Shown one piece after another: positions 13,019 through 26,275 of a stretch of 64,000 bases of DNA. The notes beneath the pieces are model-generated. The model did not search any database. It saw nothing but the letters and a program-made list of their open reading frames with translations, and had not been told where the DNA came from. The position numbers and the translations under genes are program-made. Source of the DNA: Cenococcum geophilum (taxonomy: Eukaryota); contig CP158636.1 of NCBI GenBank assembly GCA_050273025.1, positions 10,478,001 through 10,542,000 on the forward strand. Reading direction: 5' to 3'. Every line of letters begins with the position of its first letter. Positions within the stretch are counted from its first letter, which is position 1.

Positions 13019-13598
13019 GACGGATGAATAGCGACTGTAGCAGCGCGATGATGGCCTGATGCGCAAGGCAGATGACGAGAGCTTGGCACAGGTGAACGAG
13101 AGAGGAGAACAATAAAAGTTAGGGAGAAGACAAAACTCCAGAAAGACGAATGGTAGAGGATATTTTGAATGTGGAAAGAATGGTGGGAGGAATTACCTTT
13201 AATAGGTCAGAATTTAGTATCAGCGTGATGATGATGAAGTTTATTCCGCCCGGAGGCACTAAGCCTAAAGGGCACTAGTACTATATTACATATTTTCGCT
13301 CCCTTTAGTCTCGCCATATTCTCGTACAAGCCCGTATATATACCTTATTTAGTACTCCCTAGTGCTACTTATGCCTTATTCTACAAGGTCTTATATTTAC
13401 TATAGCATTTGCTCTTAATACGCTGTTTATTTTATATACCTAAAAAGGAAATATTTTATTATTTCTTTTACTTATTTATAGTTATATAGATTTAATTCTA
13501 CCGCTTTAATCTAGTATAGATATCTATTAAGTTATATTATTCCTATCCATAACTAGGCTAATATATTTACCTCTTTTTACTTAAAAGAGTTATATAGC

Positions 13599-14082
13599 TA
13601 TAACGGGCTCTCCTAAAAGGTACATATTAAATAAAATAGATAAAGGTTTTACTAATGTCCTACTAATGTTATAGAGAAGATATGGTCAGATAGATAAGGG
13701 GCGAAGGGTTTTATTAGTGTCTTAAAAGGATTATATAGGGAGCTAGTTCTCCTCTAAAGAAGAACTAGCGATTAGTCTCTAAATAAAAAAGGTTAGAAAG
13801 TATTTGCCCTTTATTATATAAAGCTTATTCTACCTTTAACTTATCTTCTACTTACTTATAACCCTTATTCTATACTATTAATTAGATAATTATACATTCC
13901 GGTTAAACTAGCCTCTTATAATTCTAATCGCTTATAATCTATTATAGAGGGAACGTATAGCTATTAATTAACAATAACGGGCTATACCTCCTTACCCCCT
14001 AAAATAACGCCTTTACCTCAAGAGGCTAATAAAGTCTCCCCGGAGGAGCGTATCCCCTCTACTTATAAAGGAGTAGACTAGT
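13599..14082 (+). mobile_element. Gypsy family D: 5' LTR (~13599-13936) and start of gag, interrupted by the giant DNA transposon
   Basis: Starts TATAACGGG (RIPped TGTAACGGG) and ends CGCTTATA. The downstream frame EERIPSTYKGVD* continues in frame at 52515. Confidence 0.7.
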
Positions 14083-14108
14083 CGTCAGGAAAAAATTTAC
14101 CAGCATTT
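14083..14108 (+). repeat. Left TIR
   Basis: CGTCAGGAAAAAATTTACCAGCATTT is the reverse complement of 52489-52514 at 25/26 positions. Confidence 0.95.
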
Positions 14109-14131
14109 AATTTTACTTTTCTGCCATTTTA

Positions 14132-14386
14132 GCATTTTCTAGCATTTTATAGCATTTTACAGCATTTTATAGCATTTAGCAGCCAAATACGGCATTTATA
14201 ATTAAATATTAGCATTTAGCCGCTAAATGCGGCATTTATAACTAAGTACTAGCATTTAGCTGCTAAATACGGCATTTATAACTAAGTACTAGCATTTAGC
14301 TGCTAAATACGGCATTTATAGTTAAGTCTTAGTATTTAGCTACTAAATGCGGCATTTATAATTAAGTCTTAGTATTTAGCTACTAA
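14132..14386. repeat. Subterminal repeats: 10-bp AGCATTTTAY units, then five 40-bp units with an internal palindrome
   Basis: AGCATTTAGCCGCTAAATGCGGCATTTATAACTAAGTACT-type units at 14171, 14211, 14251, 14291 and 14331, with a partial unit at 14371. Confidence 0.9.
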
Positions 14387-15102
14387 CTATAAGATTACTA
14401 AGCATATATAAAAGTATAAATTTTATAAATTTTATATTTTATATATACTTTATTAATATTGGTAAGTATATATAAAAGTATAATTTTATAATTTTAATAA
14501 TTTTAATATTTTATATATACTTTATTAATAAATATTAAAGTTACTACCCCTATAAAAATCTCGCTAAGGCTCTATATTACGAATTTTTTTACTAGTATCT
14601 TAAGTTAGGTTTATGCTAATCTAGCGATTTTAGCATTTAGCCGCATTTAGTTATATTTTACGGCTATATGCTATACCGCTAATAATAATGCTGCAATTTG
14701 TGGCTAAACGCTGCCTTAATAATAATAGTGCTATAAGCTGCAGCTTATTATAGTATAAGCCAACTATTATAGTATAAGCTAACTGTTAAGGTATGAGGCG
14801 AAAGTATATAATTAATATCGCGTAAAGATCTATATAGGAGGTAAGGTAGTATATATACGCGTCACTTAGGGGTTAGGTCCATACTTATATATACGCGTAC
14901 GCTTATAAGCCAAATTATAACAATATATATTAGTCCCATAACACAGCTTAATGCTCTTTTAGAAATAATAATACTAAAAACATTTTAATTAACTAAGTTT
15001 ACTATATACGCTACGCTACTACTTATAAGTTACTAGAAAACACGTCCCTTAACCCACATATACGCCACTATATAATTATAACAGGTTTCGCTATATAGTA
15101 AC

Positions 15103-18100
15103 TGTGAGGTAAGGATGTGGATAGGGAGTCCAATGATAGAATAATAGGTATATTGTATAGACAGAGACGAATCCTTAAGGAAAAAGGAGGAGTCTGTATG
15201 CGAGGTAGGAAGGGTTTTCCCTAGGTACGTGCAGAGCACGTACCTTACGGGCGAGTCACCCCTAGGTTGCCCTAGGGTCGCCCGTACCTTACGACTATAT
15301 AACTATCTACTTAGGTTTTACCTAATAATACCCCCCCCTTTTAAAAAGGGTTGTCCCTAATCCTTTATATACTTAAGCCTTAATAAAACCCCATAAAAAA
15401 CCTTAGTAAGGAAAAAATTTGGAGGGGAAAGAGCGTCTTAATTTTGCGTATAGAGAGACAGGTAGTGCATATACGCGGCGCGAAGATGTTAAGGAACTTT
15501 AACTAGCGGTTAAAGTTATCTAATTGGTTAGATTTGCCTTGCTAAGACTTCCCCGTATTTAACTGAGCTAGTAGTAATTTTATATACCCGGTATAGAAAA
15601 TCCTAATTGGTCTATTTAATAGGTAGAGCTAGTAGAGCTTAATACTGTCGCCTAAATTTGGTAAACTAGAAATATTCCAAAGCTCGCTTATATAGGCAGG
15701 TCGCTAGTACCTCGTGGGTAGGTTATAGGTTATTCGCATATAGCTAGATTTATGGATAGTAAGGCTATATACCTATTAAATCCGCTACTAACCCTACTTT
15801 GTCCTTACGCTATACCGGCGTAGCGCCGTATATACTTCGCGGGTAGGTTATAGGTTACTTATATGCAGCTAAATTAGGACGGTAAGGCTATATACCTATT
15901 AGACCCGCCGCTAACCTATGCTTTAGCCTTATGTGTTATCTGTATAGTATATACGTGGAATAGTATATAAGTTGTCGGTATAGGTTACTACTGGTAGGTT
16001 ACTAGCAGGTTATAGACCTTAGTTAAATGGACCCTAGTTATAGATAGGCCTATTCTCTAATATATAAATAATCTGCTTAGCTAGTATAGAGTAATAGACT
16101 AGGTTTAGGAAGGGTGCTTTTTAAGTTAAGCTTCGTTGCTAGTATACGCCGTAGCCTCGCCTGTAAGTCGCCTATAAGTTACTAGCATTACTAGGTTATG
16201 TTAGAGTATAGCTTATATAGGATATTAATGAATTAAAACTTCACCCTATATATACGCTGTAGCTTTTATAGCAATTGTTACTTGTTCTTTAATCCCTTGG
16301 GATATCCTCTGCTCCGCTTTAATATAGGTTATATTTTAACAGCGGCGCTTGCTTTTCGCCTACGCTTCGGCTATAAGGCTAGGGTGTCCCGCTTACGGTA
16401 CTTATCTAATAGTTATTAACAATTCTTAAGTTCTGTCTTGTATTTCTATTTATTATACTTATTTAGCCATCCTAGCTATTTAATAAGGTACTGCGGTTAT
16501 TTAGCACGATCCTAATAGGCGATGATTACTTTTACTTTCTAATTGCCTTCCTTAAGCTCTTCTACTGCTGGGGGTTAAAACCTAGGGCGTGACCTATAAG
16601 GCTCTAGTAGGGAGATATAGAAGACTAGGTAGAGCTATGCTATAGTAAGTAGAAGCTCTAGCTTATATACTTACTACCCTACGCGCTTTAGGATCTAAAA
16701 CAGTTTTATAAACTTATAGTTAAGCTTTTTATAGGGACGTTTTGTGCGGATGTTCTTAGAGGAGAGTAGGACTTGTTTACTAACGGCGAAGTACTTAGCT
16801 AGGTGGTAACGATTGTAGTATTTTACCTAAAGCTTTTAGGCGTGCATTATTAACGCCGCCGCTGCCTTATATGTAAGGCGTAGGCGTTATAAATGCGTCC
16901 TTATAAGTTAGACATTCGTTAACTTAGACCTTTTCCTACCTTATTAGGCGTCTTAGATGCTATCTAGGACTTTATCTAGGACGTTTAGTAGCTAGCTATA
17001 GGCGAGCTTAATAGGGGAACGCTTCGTTATAGTATAGACCTTAGAGTTATAGGTAAAGGCTACTTCTTTAAGTAGGGAGGCCTAATTGGACTGTTCCCAG
17101 TTTGTAAATATACGTAGGTATACCTTAAGCTCCTAGTTCTAACGCTTCGTCTAACTATCTATCTGCGGGTAGAATGTAGTACTAAGTTTACGTTAAACGC
17201 GGAGATGGTAGCACATAGTGCTTTAGTACTTACTTGTAAATATACTACCCCTATTAAAGACAATATTATTTAGAGGCCCTATTTGCGTAAAAACTCTAAA
17301 TAAGAGTTCTACGAGTTGCGTAGCATTAATTATCTTACGCACTGGATAGTAGCGTACTAGCTTTATAAAATGGTCTATAAGGATAAGGATAGAGTTATAC
17401 TCTACGCTATTAGGAGTCTTAGACTTTGGGAGATCCGTAATAAAGTTAAGTAAATAATGTTATTAGGCCTAGGTGGGGACCTAAAGAGGCTATAGCTTAT
17501 TATAGGGTTTATAGCGGCGCGATTTAGAGCGTTAGTAGGTATTATAATTATCTAGGTATTTATAGAGGTCCTAAGTAAGACCGTTTTAAGTATACTTCCG
17601 CGCGATTACCTTAAAAGTACGGTTAAAACTATAGTGGCCGCCTATAGGATTGTCATGATTCCGCTTAAGGATCTCCTATTATAGTAGTATATAATTCGGC
17701 ACCTAGACCTTATTATTTTACCTTAGGAGTCCTTAATTATTAAGGGTGTAGTTCTTATTACTAGTAGAAACTCGTTTTTAGGTTAACTAATTATATATAG
17801 AGCGTGTAAAGGCGTCCCTTTTTTATACTCTATAAATAAAATTAACTAGTAACTTAAGGGGGTGTTCTATAAACGCCGTTTTGGCTAAAGCAGCTACTAC
17901 TACCTCTTGCTATAGCATAAGACTCTACGTAAAGTTAGTACTAGCGAAGTAATATATAATGCGTAGATAACTTACTAGGTTATTGCAGGGGACCGTAGCC
18001 TAGGCTAAGGGGTTTTCCCTAGGGTTAAGCGCTATTAGGTTAGTTAAAGTAGTCTTAAAGAGAATAGTAGGACGCTCTGGTCTGCTAGCGCTAAGTTTAT

Positions 18101-21100
18101 AAGGGTTACTTACATACTGCACGTATGCTACTCACTAGTTTAGTGTAGTAGTACTAGGGCCGCCCATAAGGCCTATAACCCGCAACTTTTACTATAATAT
18201 AGGCAGCATAGCATTAAGGATTGTCCTTTTACTACTATCTTTAAAGCTTTTGGTATAATTTAGGCGCCGGAATAGTATATTAGTAGGATTTACCTTACCT
18301 AGCTTATATTTAATCTTAAAATTAAACTTAGTTAGTTCCTTAGCGTACCAGGCCTAGTAAGTAGATAAGCTCTTAGTAGTTATAAAGTACCTAAAATTAT
18401 TATAATCGCAGAGCACGCGTATTATATACGCGGCGTATTTAAGGTAATGGCGCTATATCTTAAAGAATTGCACTATAGCGAGTAGTTCTTTATTGTGCAT
18501 ATTATACTATACTTTTAGGCTAGTAAGCTTCTAACTATAATAAGTAATTAGGTGCTAGTAGAGTTAATCTCCCTACCCTTAAGGCTGCAGAAGTATACCG
18601 CTATAGGTATAGTTAAAAGCGTTAGTAATTACTATTAGGGGTAAATTAGGGTTAAAGTAGCGAAGTAAAGGAGCCTATATAAACGCAGCGCGTAGCTTAC
18701 AGAACGCCTACTACGCGTCGTTAGGCTAGGACTAAGGTTAATACCATTTAGTAGGCCCTTTTAACTTACGCTTCTTCTTCTTCTCCCTATTTAATGTTGG
18801 GTTGCGATATACCTATGCAAGATATGCGTGTAGGGGGTATACGGTATCTAAGTAGTTCTAGATAAATCGCCTATAGAAGTTGGCAAAGCTAAGGAAGACC
18901 TAGATATCCCTATAGGACTTAGGCTTAGGCCATTCCTTAATAGCTTTTACGCGGTTAGGGTCCATTATAATACCCTTAGGGGTAATAATAAAGCCTAGGA
19001 ACTTAACGTTCTTAGTATAAAAGATACATTTTAATAGTTTGGCGTATAGGCCCTAAGCGCGGAGCTATTATAGTACTTACTTAACGTGCTTAACGTGCTT
19101 ATCCTTATTATTTAAGTAGATAAGAATATTATCTAGGTAAATTACGTAGATGGTATTTACTAGGGTTTTTAAAGCTTTATAAATATAGCTCTAGAAAGTT
19201 ATAGGGGCGTTAGTAAAACTAAAGGGCATTACTAGGTACTTAAAGTAACCGTAGCGTGTTTTAAATGCGGTCTTTTATTTATCTCCCTTTTTAATATAAA
19301 TCCTATAGTACGCATTACAAAGGTCTAGCTTTGTAAATATCTTCGCATAGCTAAGCCTATTAAAGAGTTCGCCGACTAGCGGTAGGGGGTATTGATTTTT
19401 GATCGTGATCTTGTTTAGGCGTCTGTAGTTAACGTATAGCCGCATTGTACCGTCTACTTTCGGCACGAAGAGGATAGGCGCTCTAGCAGGCGACTTACTG
19501 GGCCTGATTTAGCCCTTTTCGAGAGCATTGTCTAGGTACTTTTATAAGATCTATAACTCTTTCTATAAGAGGTTATAGAGGGGTATTTACGGTAGCATTT
19601 TACCTTCTTTTAAGTTGATTGTATGGTTGTACTTAGAGTTCTATAGTAATATACTTACTAGCTTATTAAAGAAGACATTAATTTCCTCTTTATATATATC
19701 TGGTAGGCTAGGGGCTATAGAGGTTAAAGCGACTATTATATAGCAGTATGCTTCCAGAAGCTAGTAAAGAAAAGGGTGCGGCCGATATGCGTTTTATAGG
19801 TGTGCTCGCATTAAGAGTATATATAGCTCTACTATAGTATACTTAATAGTTTTAGGGTTTTAATTACCTCCCCCTTATATATAGGTGATCTGCGCTAACA
19901 CCGGAGGGTCTTTATAGGTACTTGCTGCCAGTAATAGTAGGTCCTCTACTGTGTTTATAACCGGTGTCTTTACGTCCAAAGGGTCTATATAGGTACTCGC
20001 TATTAATAACAATAGGTCCTTTATTATGTTTATAACCGGCGTAAAAAAGGAATCTTCTAGCTATAGCGAATAGACTGTTTCGCTAGCCTTAATGTTTACT
20101 AAGAGAGTGTTAAGGGTGACTATCTAGAGGTGTCTAGGGTCTAAAGTACCCTAGATAAACTATCTAGAATAGAAGCTAATTAATAGATCTGCTTCCGCGA
20201 GCTAATCCCATTTAAGGACTATATTGTAACTATTAAATAAGCCGCCCTAAAAGGTCTGCGGGCTAATAGTGCGAGGGGTACCCTAGGAGTTGCTAGTGGT
20301 GACTATTAGATTATAAGCATCCTAAATTATTATTTGGTTGTTATTAAGGAAACGTATAACAGGTTTACGTAAACGTAACGCGTAGTGTATAGGTAGGTTA
20401 AACTTATGGACGACGTCTTAATTAATAAGGTTAATTTAGTACCTATTATTGTATAAAGTACGTAGGCGGACTTTACCCTAGGGCGTATCTATCGCAATAT
20501 ATACTATAATACGTTTCTTCTTTCCCTCTGTATTAGGCCCTAGTTGCAGTTAAGAGAAATACGCTACTAGGGCTTTAGGTTTTCTAAAGGCTAAGCTAAC
20601 TTCTCTTTGTTAGCCTGCTTCTAGTGTTCCTTATAATAGCCGCCTGCGGTCCTTTAACTCGCCTGTATAGCACTAGCGTTTAGGGGGTCCCCTAAGCTAT
20701 CTAGCTTTTAGGTGATCTCCCTAGGAGTTTACTTAAAGCGTTACCCTTTCTAGGTTCTATTCTTTAAGCCTAACTCTATAGAGCCTATACTATAACCGCG
20801 CTTCGTACGTAATAATTTGCCGCTACTACTTACGCGATCTTCCGCGAGCTTTATAGTATTAAGCAATTACTCTATACAGCGGATTTCGTTAAAGAGGTCT
20901 TTAGTAGTTCTTACCCGTTAGGCAAAGTTCTGGCAGAAAAGCTCTGCTTATAGGTAGGCTAAAAGGCGTAAAAACCAAAAGTTTACCTATTGTTTAGGAT
21001 TAACAAAAGGGGTATATAAGAAGAGGTCCTCTAAGCTATATATATAGGCTAGAAAGACGTTAAACCTTTAGTTCTCTTTTATAATAGCCATATAGTACGT

Positions 21101-22040
21101 TATAGCGTTATTAAAACGTCTTACTATAGGGTTCCTAATTTAGTCTTAGACTATAGTCTTAAACTTATCCTATAGTAAAGGACCCTTATCTTTAGCGCCT
21201 AACCGGCAATAAACTAGTTAGGTAATTATCTTCTCTTTTATAAGACCTTTAATGGCCTAGCGTATACATTACTTATAGTTATAGTTAGCGTTATTAACCT
21301 TAAATTAGTTTTTAACTGCGGCGATCTACCAGTTAAAATGCTGTTAAGTAGTACCGCTAATATTAGGTAGTAACTTCTTAACTAGGGCGTTAAAATTTAT
21401 TCGGCGTATGCGTTCGCTATATAACTTATACTCTTTACTAAAGAGGCAATGGGAGGGCTTTATTAAATTAATAATGCTCTGTAAATTAGCTATTTTCTTA
21501 GCTAGCTTATCTAGCTCCTTTATATTAGTAGTATTAGGTAGGACGCTAGTAACCTTACTTGGCTCCTGTTAAGCCTAGGTATATAAGTTAAACTAGTCTT
21601 TAGCGTTTATAGATATCTAATTATTTTAAGGTTTAGAAGGTAACTTAAATGCTACTAGTATGCTTTTAGCGGTTTTGTCTATACTAGATCCTAAGGTGTT
21701 CTGCGGTTATATTGCTAGCGTATTACCGTTAGGTATAGGCGTTGGTTTTCTTTTTGGAGGCATTATAGAAAAATTAAACCGGCTATCCTCCTAAGGGGAT
21801 TGGTAAGGATTTAAATATAAGGTAAAAATATAGATAGGGAGTCCAATAATAGAATAATAGGTATATTATATAGACAGAGACGAATCCTTAAGGGAAAAGG
21901 AGGAGTCTATATGCGAGGTAGAAAGGGTTTTCCCTAGGCACGTATAGAGCACGTACCTCACGGGCGAGTTACCCCTAGGTTGCCCCAGGGTCGCCTATAC
22001 CTTGCGGCTATATAACTATCTACTTAGGTTTTACCTAACA
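15103..22040 (-). mobile_element. Full-length Ty3/Gypsy chromovirus (family B), RIP-inactivated
   Basis: 225-bp LTRs at 15103-15327 and 21816-22040, 5-bp TSD GTAAC, and a G-run PPT at 15328-15338. gag ATG at 21763 (MPPKRKP). RT ([19 protein letters not shown] ~19130), RNase H, integrase and a chromodomain near 16500. Confidence 0.96.
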
Positions 22041-22104
22041 GTAACTATATATAGTGTTTAAAACTATCTATAGTTATATTATACTCTTACAATTATTACC
22101 AGTA

Positions 22105-25100
22105 TTAGATAGTCTTAGTATCTTCCTTCTTACCTTAGCCTACTTTTAAGCTTAAATTAGCCTTCTCCTTATATACCAACTTCTACAATAACAACATAAA
22201 TTTAGTTAACTTTAATATCCTTTACTTAATACTCGACTTCTAATTAGCTATAATAGTACTATAGTAAACAGGCTTAGTCTATCCTTATTAATCTATCTAA
22301 GTAAATAGTTACTTTACCTCTAAGAGCTTATAGCTTAGCTTAACTATAATAATATAATTTACGCGCTATAGGTTAATAGACAGCCTAATTAATATAAAGA
22401 TGCAAAATAGGATCCACTTAGAGTTATTAGTATTAAAGGTTTACCTAACCTTAGCCTTCTTAATATTAAATATACCGGCTATATAGTGGAGCACCTTATC
22501 TTTACTATATTTTTTATATAGCCTATTAAACTAATAAGCTAGTATAAGAGGTAAGTAAGTAGTAATAATAATTTTACACACTAAACCATCTATCCATTTT
22601 TCGACATTAACGTAATTATAGATTTTTTTAGCTTTAAAGAACTTTACATTCTATTAAAAATAGCGGTTAAGTATATTGGTGAACTCCTTACTAAGCGGGT
22701 TAGTAGTCTACTTAGTAATAATTAGGTCCTTAAGTATATAACTCTAAGTTTTTAGGCATATATTATTGGACTTATATTTATTATTAGACTTAATTATAAT
22801 AGGGGCTTACTAGTCCCAGTATTGGATAACCTAAGCTACACTTACTACCGTTTTCGCGTTAGTGTATAACTCGGCTTAGGTAAGTTTTGGTATCTTAGGT
22901 TTAATATTTAGATTACTACTATCTTCCTCCTATATAGCCAGAAGTTCCTTATATTAGCGCCTTTACTCTATCCTTACTTAGTCCTTTATAGCTATAATTA
23001 TAGCCGCCTTAGTATTATTAGGGTCGGCCTATAATATAACTAATTTAAAATAGCTATTCTTTAGGATAAGCTTTTACTAGTTAAACCAGAGTATTAACTC
23101 CCCTCTATATATCTAAAATATTAAAATAACTATACGGAAAAATATAGCTAGTTCGCTAAATTTCGTATCTATTATTACTCTGGTTAAGTTAGTCTTCGCA
23201 TCCTTATAAAGATAGTTAAATTCCTTCTTCTTTAGCTAGATATTTTTTTAAGCTTAAGCAGTACTTTAAACTCTGTTCCCTTTAGCTTATTAGCTTCTTC
23301 CTACTTAGGCCTCTTTAATCCTACTATAATAAACAACATTAGTTACATTGGGTTCCCATTATTAGGCGTACTAGATACACCCTATATAGTAGGGCTATAA
23401 TTATACGTAATATAGTACTCCTTAACTATATCCTTAATAAACAATATTAAGACTCTACTAGTTACGTCTAGGTAGCATTCGTCCTAAAGGATACGCCTAA
23501 CCTATATTATACTCTTTAATATCTAATACGATCTAGGGGTTTAGCCATTTAGGTATTTCTATATACTAGTTTATATAGTAATAAACCCGCGTATTAGTCG
23601 TATAGTAATATAATTTCGCGTAGTAATTAGAAGGAATTAGGTTAAGTATTTTAGTACTAATAGTTCTATTATATTAGGGGTAAGGTAATAATTATTCTTA
23701 AACCTAGCTTTACCCTATAGGTATAATAAGAAAGTCTTACCAACCAGATATATATTATTATTATTCTCCTATTATTCCTTATTAGTCCACTTAAGAGCCT
23801 TATAGATTTACAGCTATTTATCCTTTTTTAGTTTACCAAATATTTTAACTTTATTTTAGCTAAGGGCGAGAATTATAATCTAGGGCGGGTTAGGGCGCTT
23901 TATAATCACGCCGTTTTATAATATTATACTTACATCCTTTAGAAATCCTAGCAGGCCTAAGGTTAGCATAAGGACAACTAAGCAGCCTTACTATAGGTCT
24001 ATAGGGTATACCTTCTTAAAGTTATCTTCGCAGTAGCATATAATTGGCTACTTTACTACCTATAAGCATTTTATATCCAGCGGATATATCTTAAGTAGGT
24101 AGCGGGTTACGTCCCCAGCGGCTCAGGCCTCTTAAACGTCTATTACGTTCTAATAATAAAAGTAGTTTATTAGCCATTAAGTAATTATTTATATAATCTT
24201 ACCCGCGCTAGGTTCGTCTACATAGATACCACCTCCTTTAATTATCCTCTTTTACTTAAATACCCAAGCTATATATACCACTTAGTATAGGCTAAATTTA
24301 AAGCCTAATACGAGGCCCTAATTAGGGAGTTTAATTAGGGCAGTTTTAGAAAGTGCTTTTAATAAAACAAGTAGGAAATACTCTAGAGTAAGTAGAAGAT
24401 CCGCCTCTATTATATATACTAATGCGCTATCTAGGTTATCCTTCCTAGCCTTATAAAGCTAGGCTAAGAAATTTTACTAATTAAGTTCTTCCTCTACGTC
24501 TATATCTTAGTTATTATTATTAACTAAATCCTTATCTTAGTCGTTATTATTAACTAAATCCTTATTTTAGTTATTATTATTAACTAAATTCTTATCTTTA
24601 TTTCTACTCTTTATATCCTTAAAGTTAGTATAATATAGGAACTAATTATTATATCCACTAGCATATTACGGCAATTTACTGTCCTCTATAGTAATATCTT
24701 AAGGGGTATTAACAGTTAGTAATACAGTAGTAGGGTTATTTATTATATTATTAGGCTAGTATATACCTTTAGGTTTAATAATAGGTTATAGCAATTTACT
24801 ATTATCTACGGCGATTTCTTTAGTACTACTATTACTTGCTAATATAGGCTTATAGGCAGATAGGTTACGTCTTCCCTTTACTAATTACCTTCTACACACA
24901 ACCGGCTCGTTATTATTACTTTCTATAAAAGTGCCTACCGCTAATTTTAGTTAAGGGCGTTTCCTATATCTATTTAGGTTAGCCTTATAACTATTTAACT
25001 TCTTAGGCGCGGCTAGCTTACTTTTATTATCCTTTACTAGGGCACTTATTACTAATCTTAGTTAAGGCTATTTATTATATCTACTTAATTTAGTCTTACT

Positions 25101-26275
25101 ATTATCTAATTTCTTATATCTAATAGGCTCGCCCTTACTATTTTCCTTAAAGCTATATACTACTAATCTTAAATAACTCTACTTCTTACCTTCTCCCAGT
25201 TTACTCTTGCTATTAGCCTTATATAATATTAAAACTTACTAGCTGTCTTTTACGCTATATTTATTACATCTAGGCGCCTTAAATTTAATAGCTAGCGGTA
25301 TATTATTAGTGGCAGTAACTTAGAAGTTTAAGCTAAGAGGTAAGAATAATATTATAAGCACGGCCTTCTTTATACTATTTTTCGCTATTTCGCTAAGAGC
25401 TATAATAAGTATGCCCTCTAACCGTATTATAACGTTTTTATATCTCTATAGCAATATATAGATGTTTTTTTAGGCGGACTATTAATATTAAGCTCTATAT
25501 AGGCTTATAGTTCCTTCTATAACTTACCTAGAGCTATATATAGGTTTCCGCTTATTAAATATAAGACTTAGACTACCCTAACCATTAACTTACCTATTAA
25601 GCCTATAAATTAGATTTCAATCTTAATATCTCCTATATTAATTACGTTGCTTACTACTAGGGTTACTAGCTAAGGCAAAAGGATACTATATAGTGGGTTT
25701 ACGGTAACGTCCATAGGCTATATTGCATATAGTAGCTAAAGTAACGTCGTCTTATCTTATACTTCGGTCTTTAAGGGTAACGTATATTTATATAAAGGTA
25801 GGTTTTTTAGTTTCTTAGAGGTATTTAATACCCTCCTTACGCGATTAGAATAAGCACTTCCTATAATTTTTAGGATTACCTATAGTTTCTAATCTAATAG
25901 AGCATTAGTAAATTATAGGAGTTAGTTATAAAACTCCTTAATATATCCTTCTTTTATTATTATAAAGTTGCCGCAATATATTACGTACTTAGGCTTAACT
26001 TTAATTACAATATCTTTAACCCTCTCTTTTAGTCTATTATAGTTTTTAATACTTATTTTAAAGCCTTAGGCAATATCCGCATCTTTAGTTAGCTTTAGGT
26101 TCGCCTTATACTATACATCTAGCTTTACCTATAGTTTTATTATTATTAAGTCGCTTATTTAGTTAGGTATATATAATATTACGGCATATATTAAGTAAAA
26201 GGTAACTATTAAAGTAAAAGGGCTTTATACGGTAGCTAGCTAGCGCTATACTAGTATAACTTTAGTATTAGACAT
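22105..26275 (-). pseudogene. SNF2-family (SF2) ATPase/helicase carried by the Plavaka element, RIP-inactivated
   Basis: Minus strand: SLY*VVYIAWVFK*KRIIKGGGIYVDEPSAGKII*II (PHQ..AW...E....GGI.ADEPGAGKT.Q, ~24180-24290). RIL*DECY gives DECH (23472-23483) and *GVSSTP gives WGVSGTP (~23365-23385). HelicC reads SINL*RVNYII.VKLS....K*LF.*.D**G*TKPV (~22270-22400). Start and stop are approximate, with at least one frame change. Confidence 0.88.
24504..24593. repeat. Three 30-bp in-frame repeats encoding an acidic tract of the SNF2 protein
   Basis: ATCTTAGTTATTATTATTAACTAAATCCTT x3. The minus strand reads KDLVNNN*D-type units that revert to D/E-rich repeats. Confidence 0.75.

Noticed and set aside
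7392..13809. ~190-bp inverted repeats flanking the kinase pseudogene, suggesting a Pack-MULE that captured KIN1
   Set aside because: The arms have LTR termini (RIPped TGTAACGGG) facing inward, and the right arm continues into a full LTR and gag. They are two oppositely oriented family D LTRs, not TIRs. No 9-bp TSD is seen.
14171..14386. CRISPR-like array of palindromic repeats
   Set aside because: These are head-to-tail units without unique spacers, in a eukaryotic context with no cas genes.
14784..15083. Possible solo LTR starting TGTTAAGG, and a telomere-like TTAGGGGTTAGG at ~14866
   Set aside because: No matching TSD at candidate ends, the TGTT is part of a local short repeat, and the telomere-like motif is not an array.
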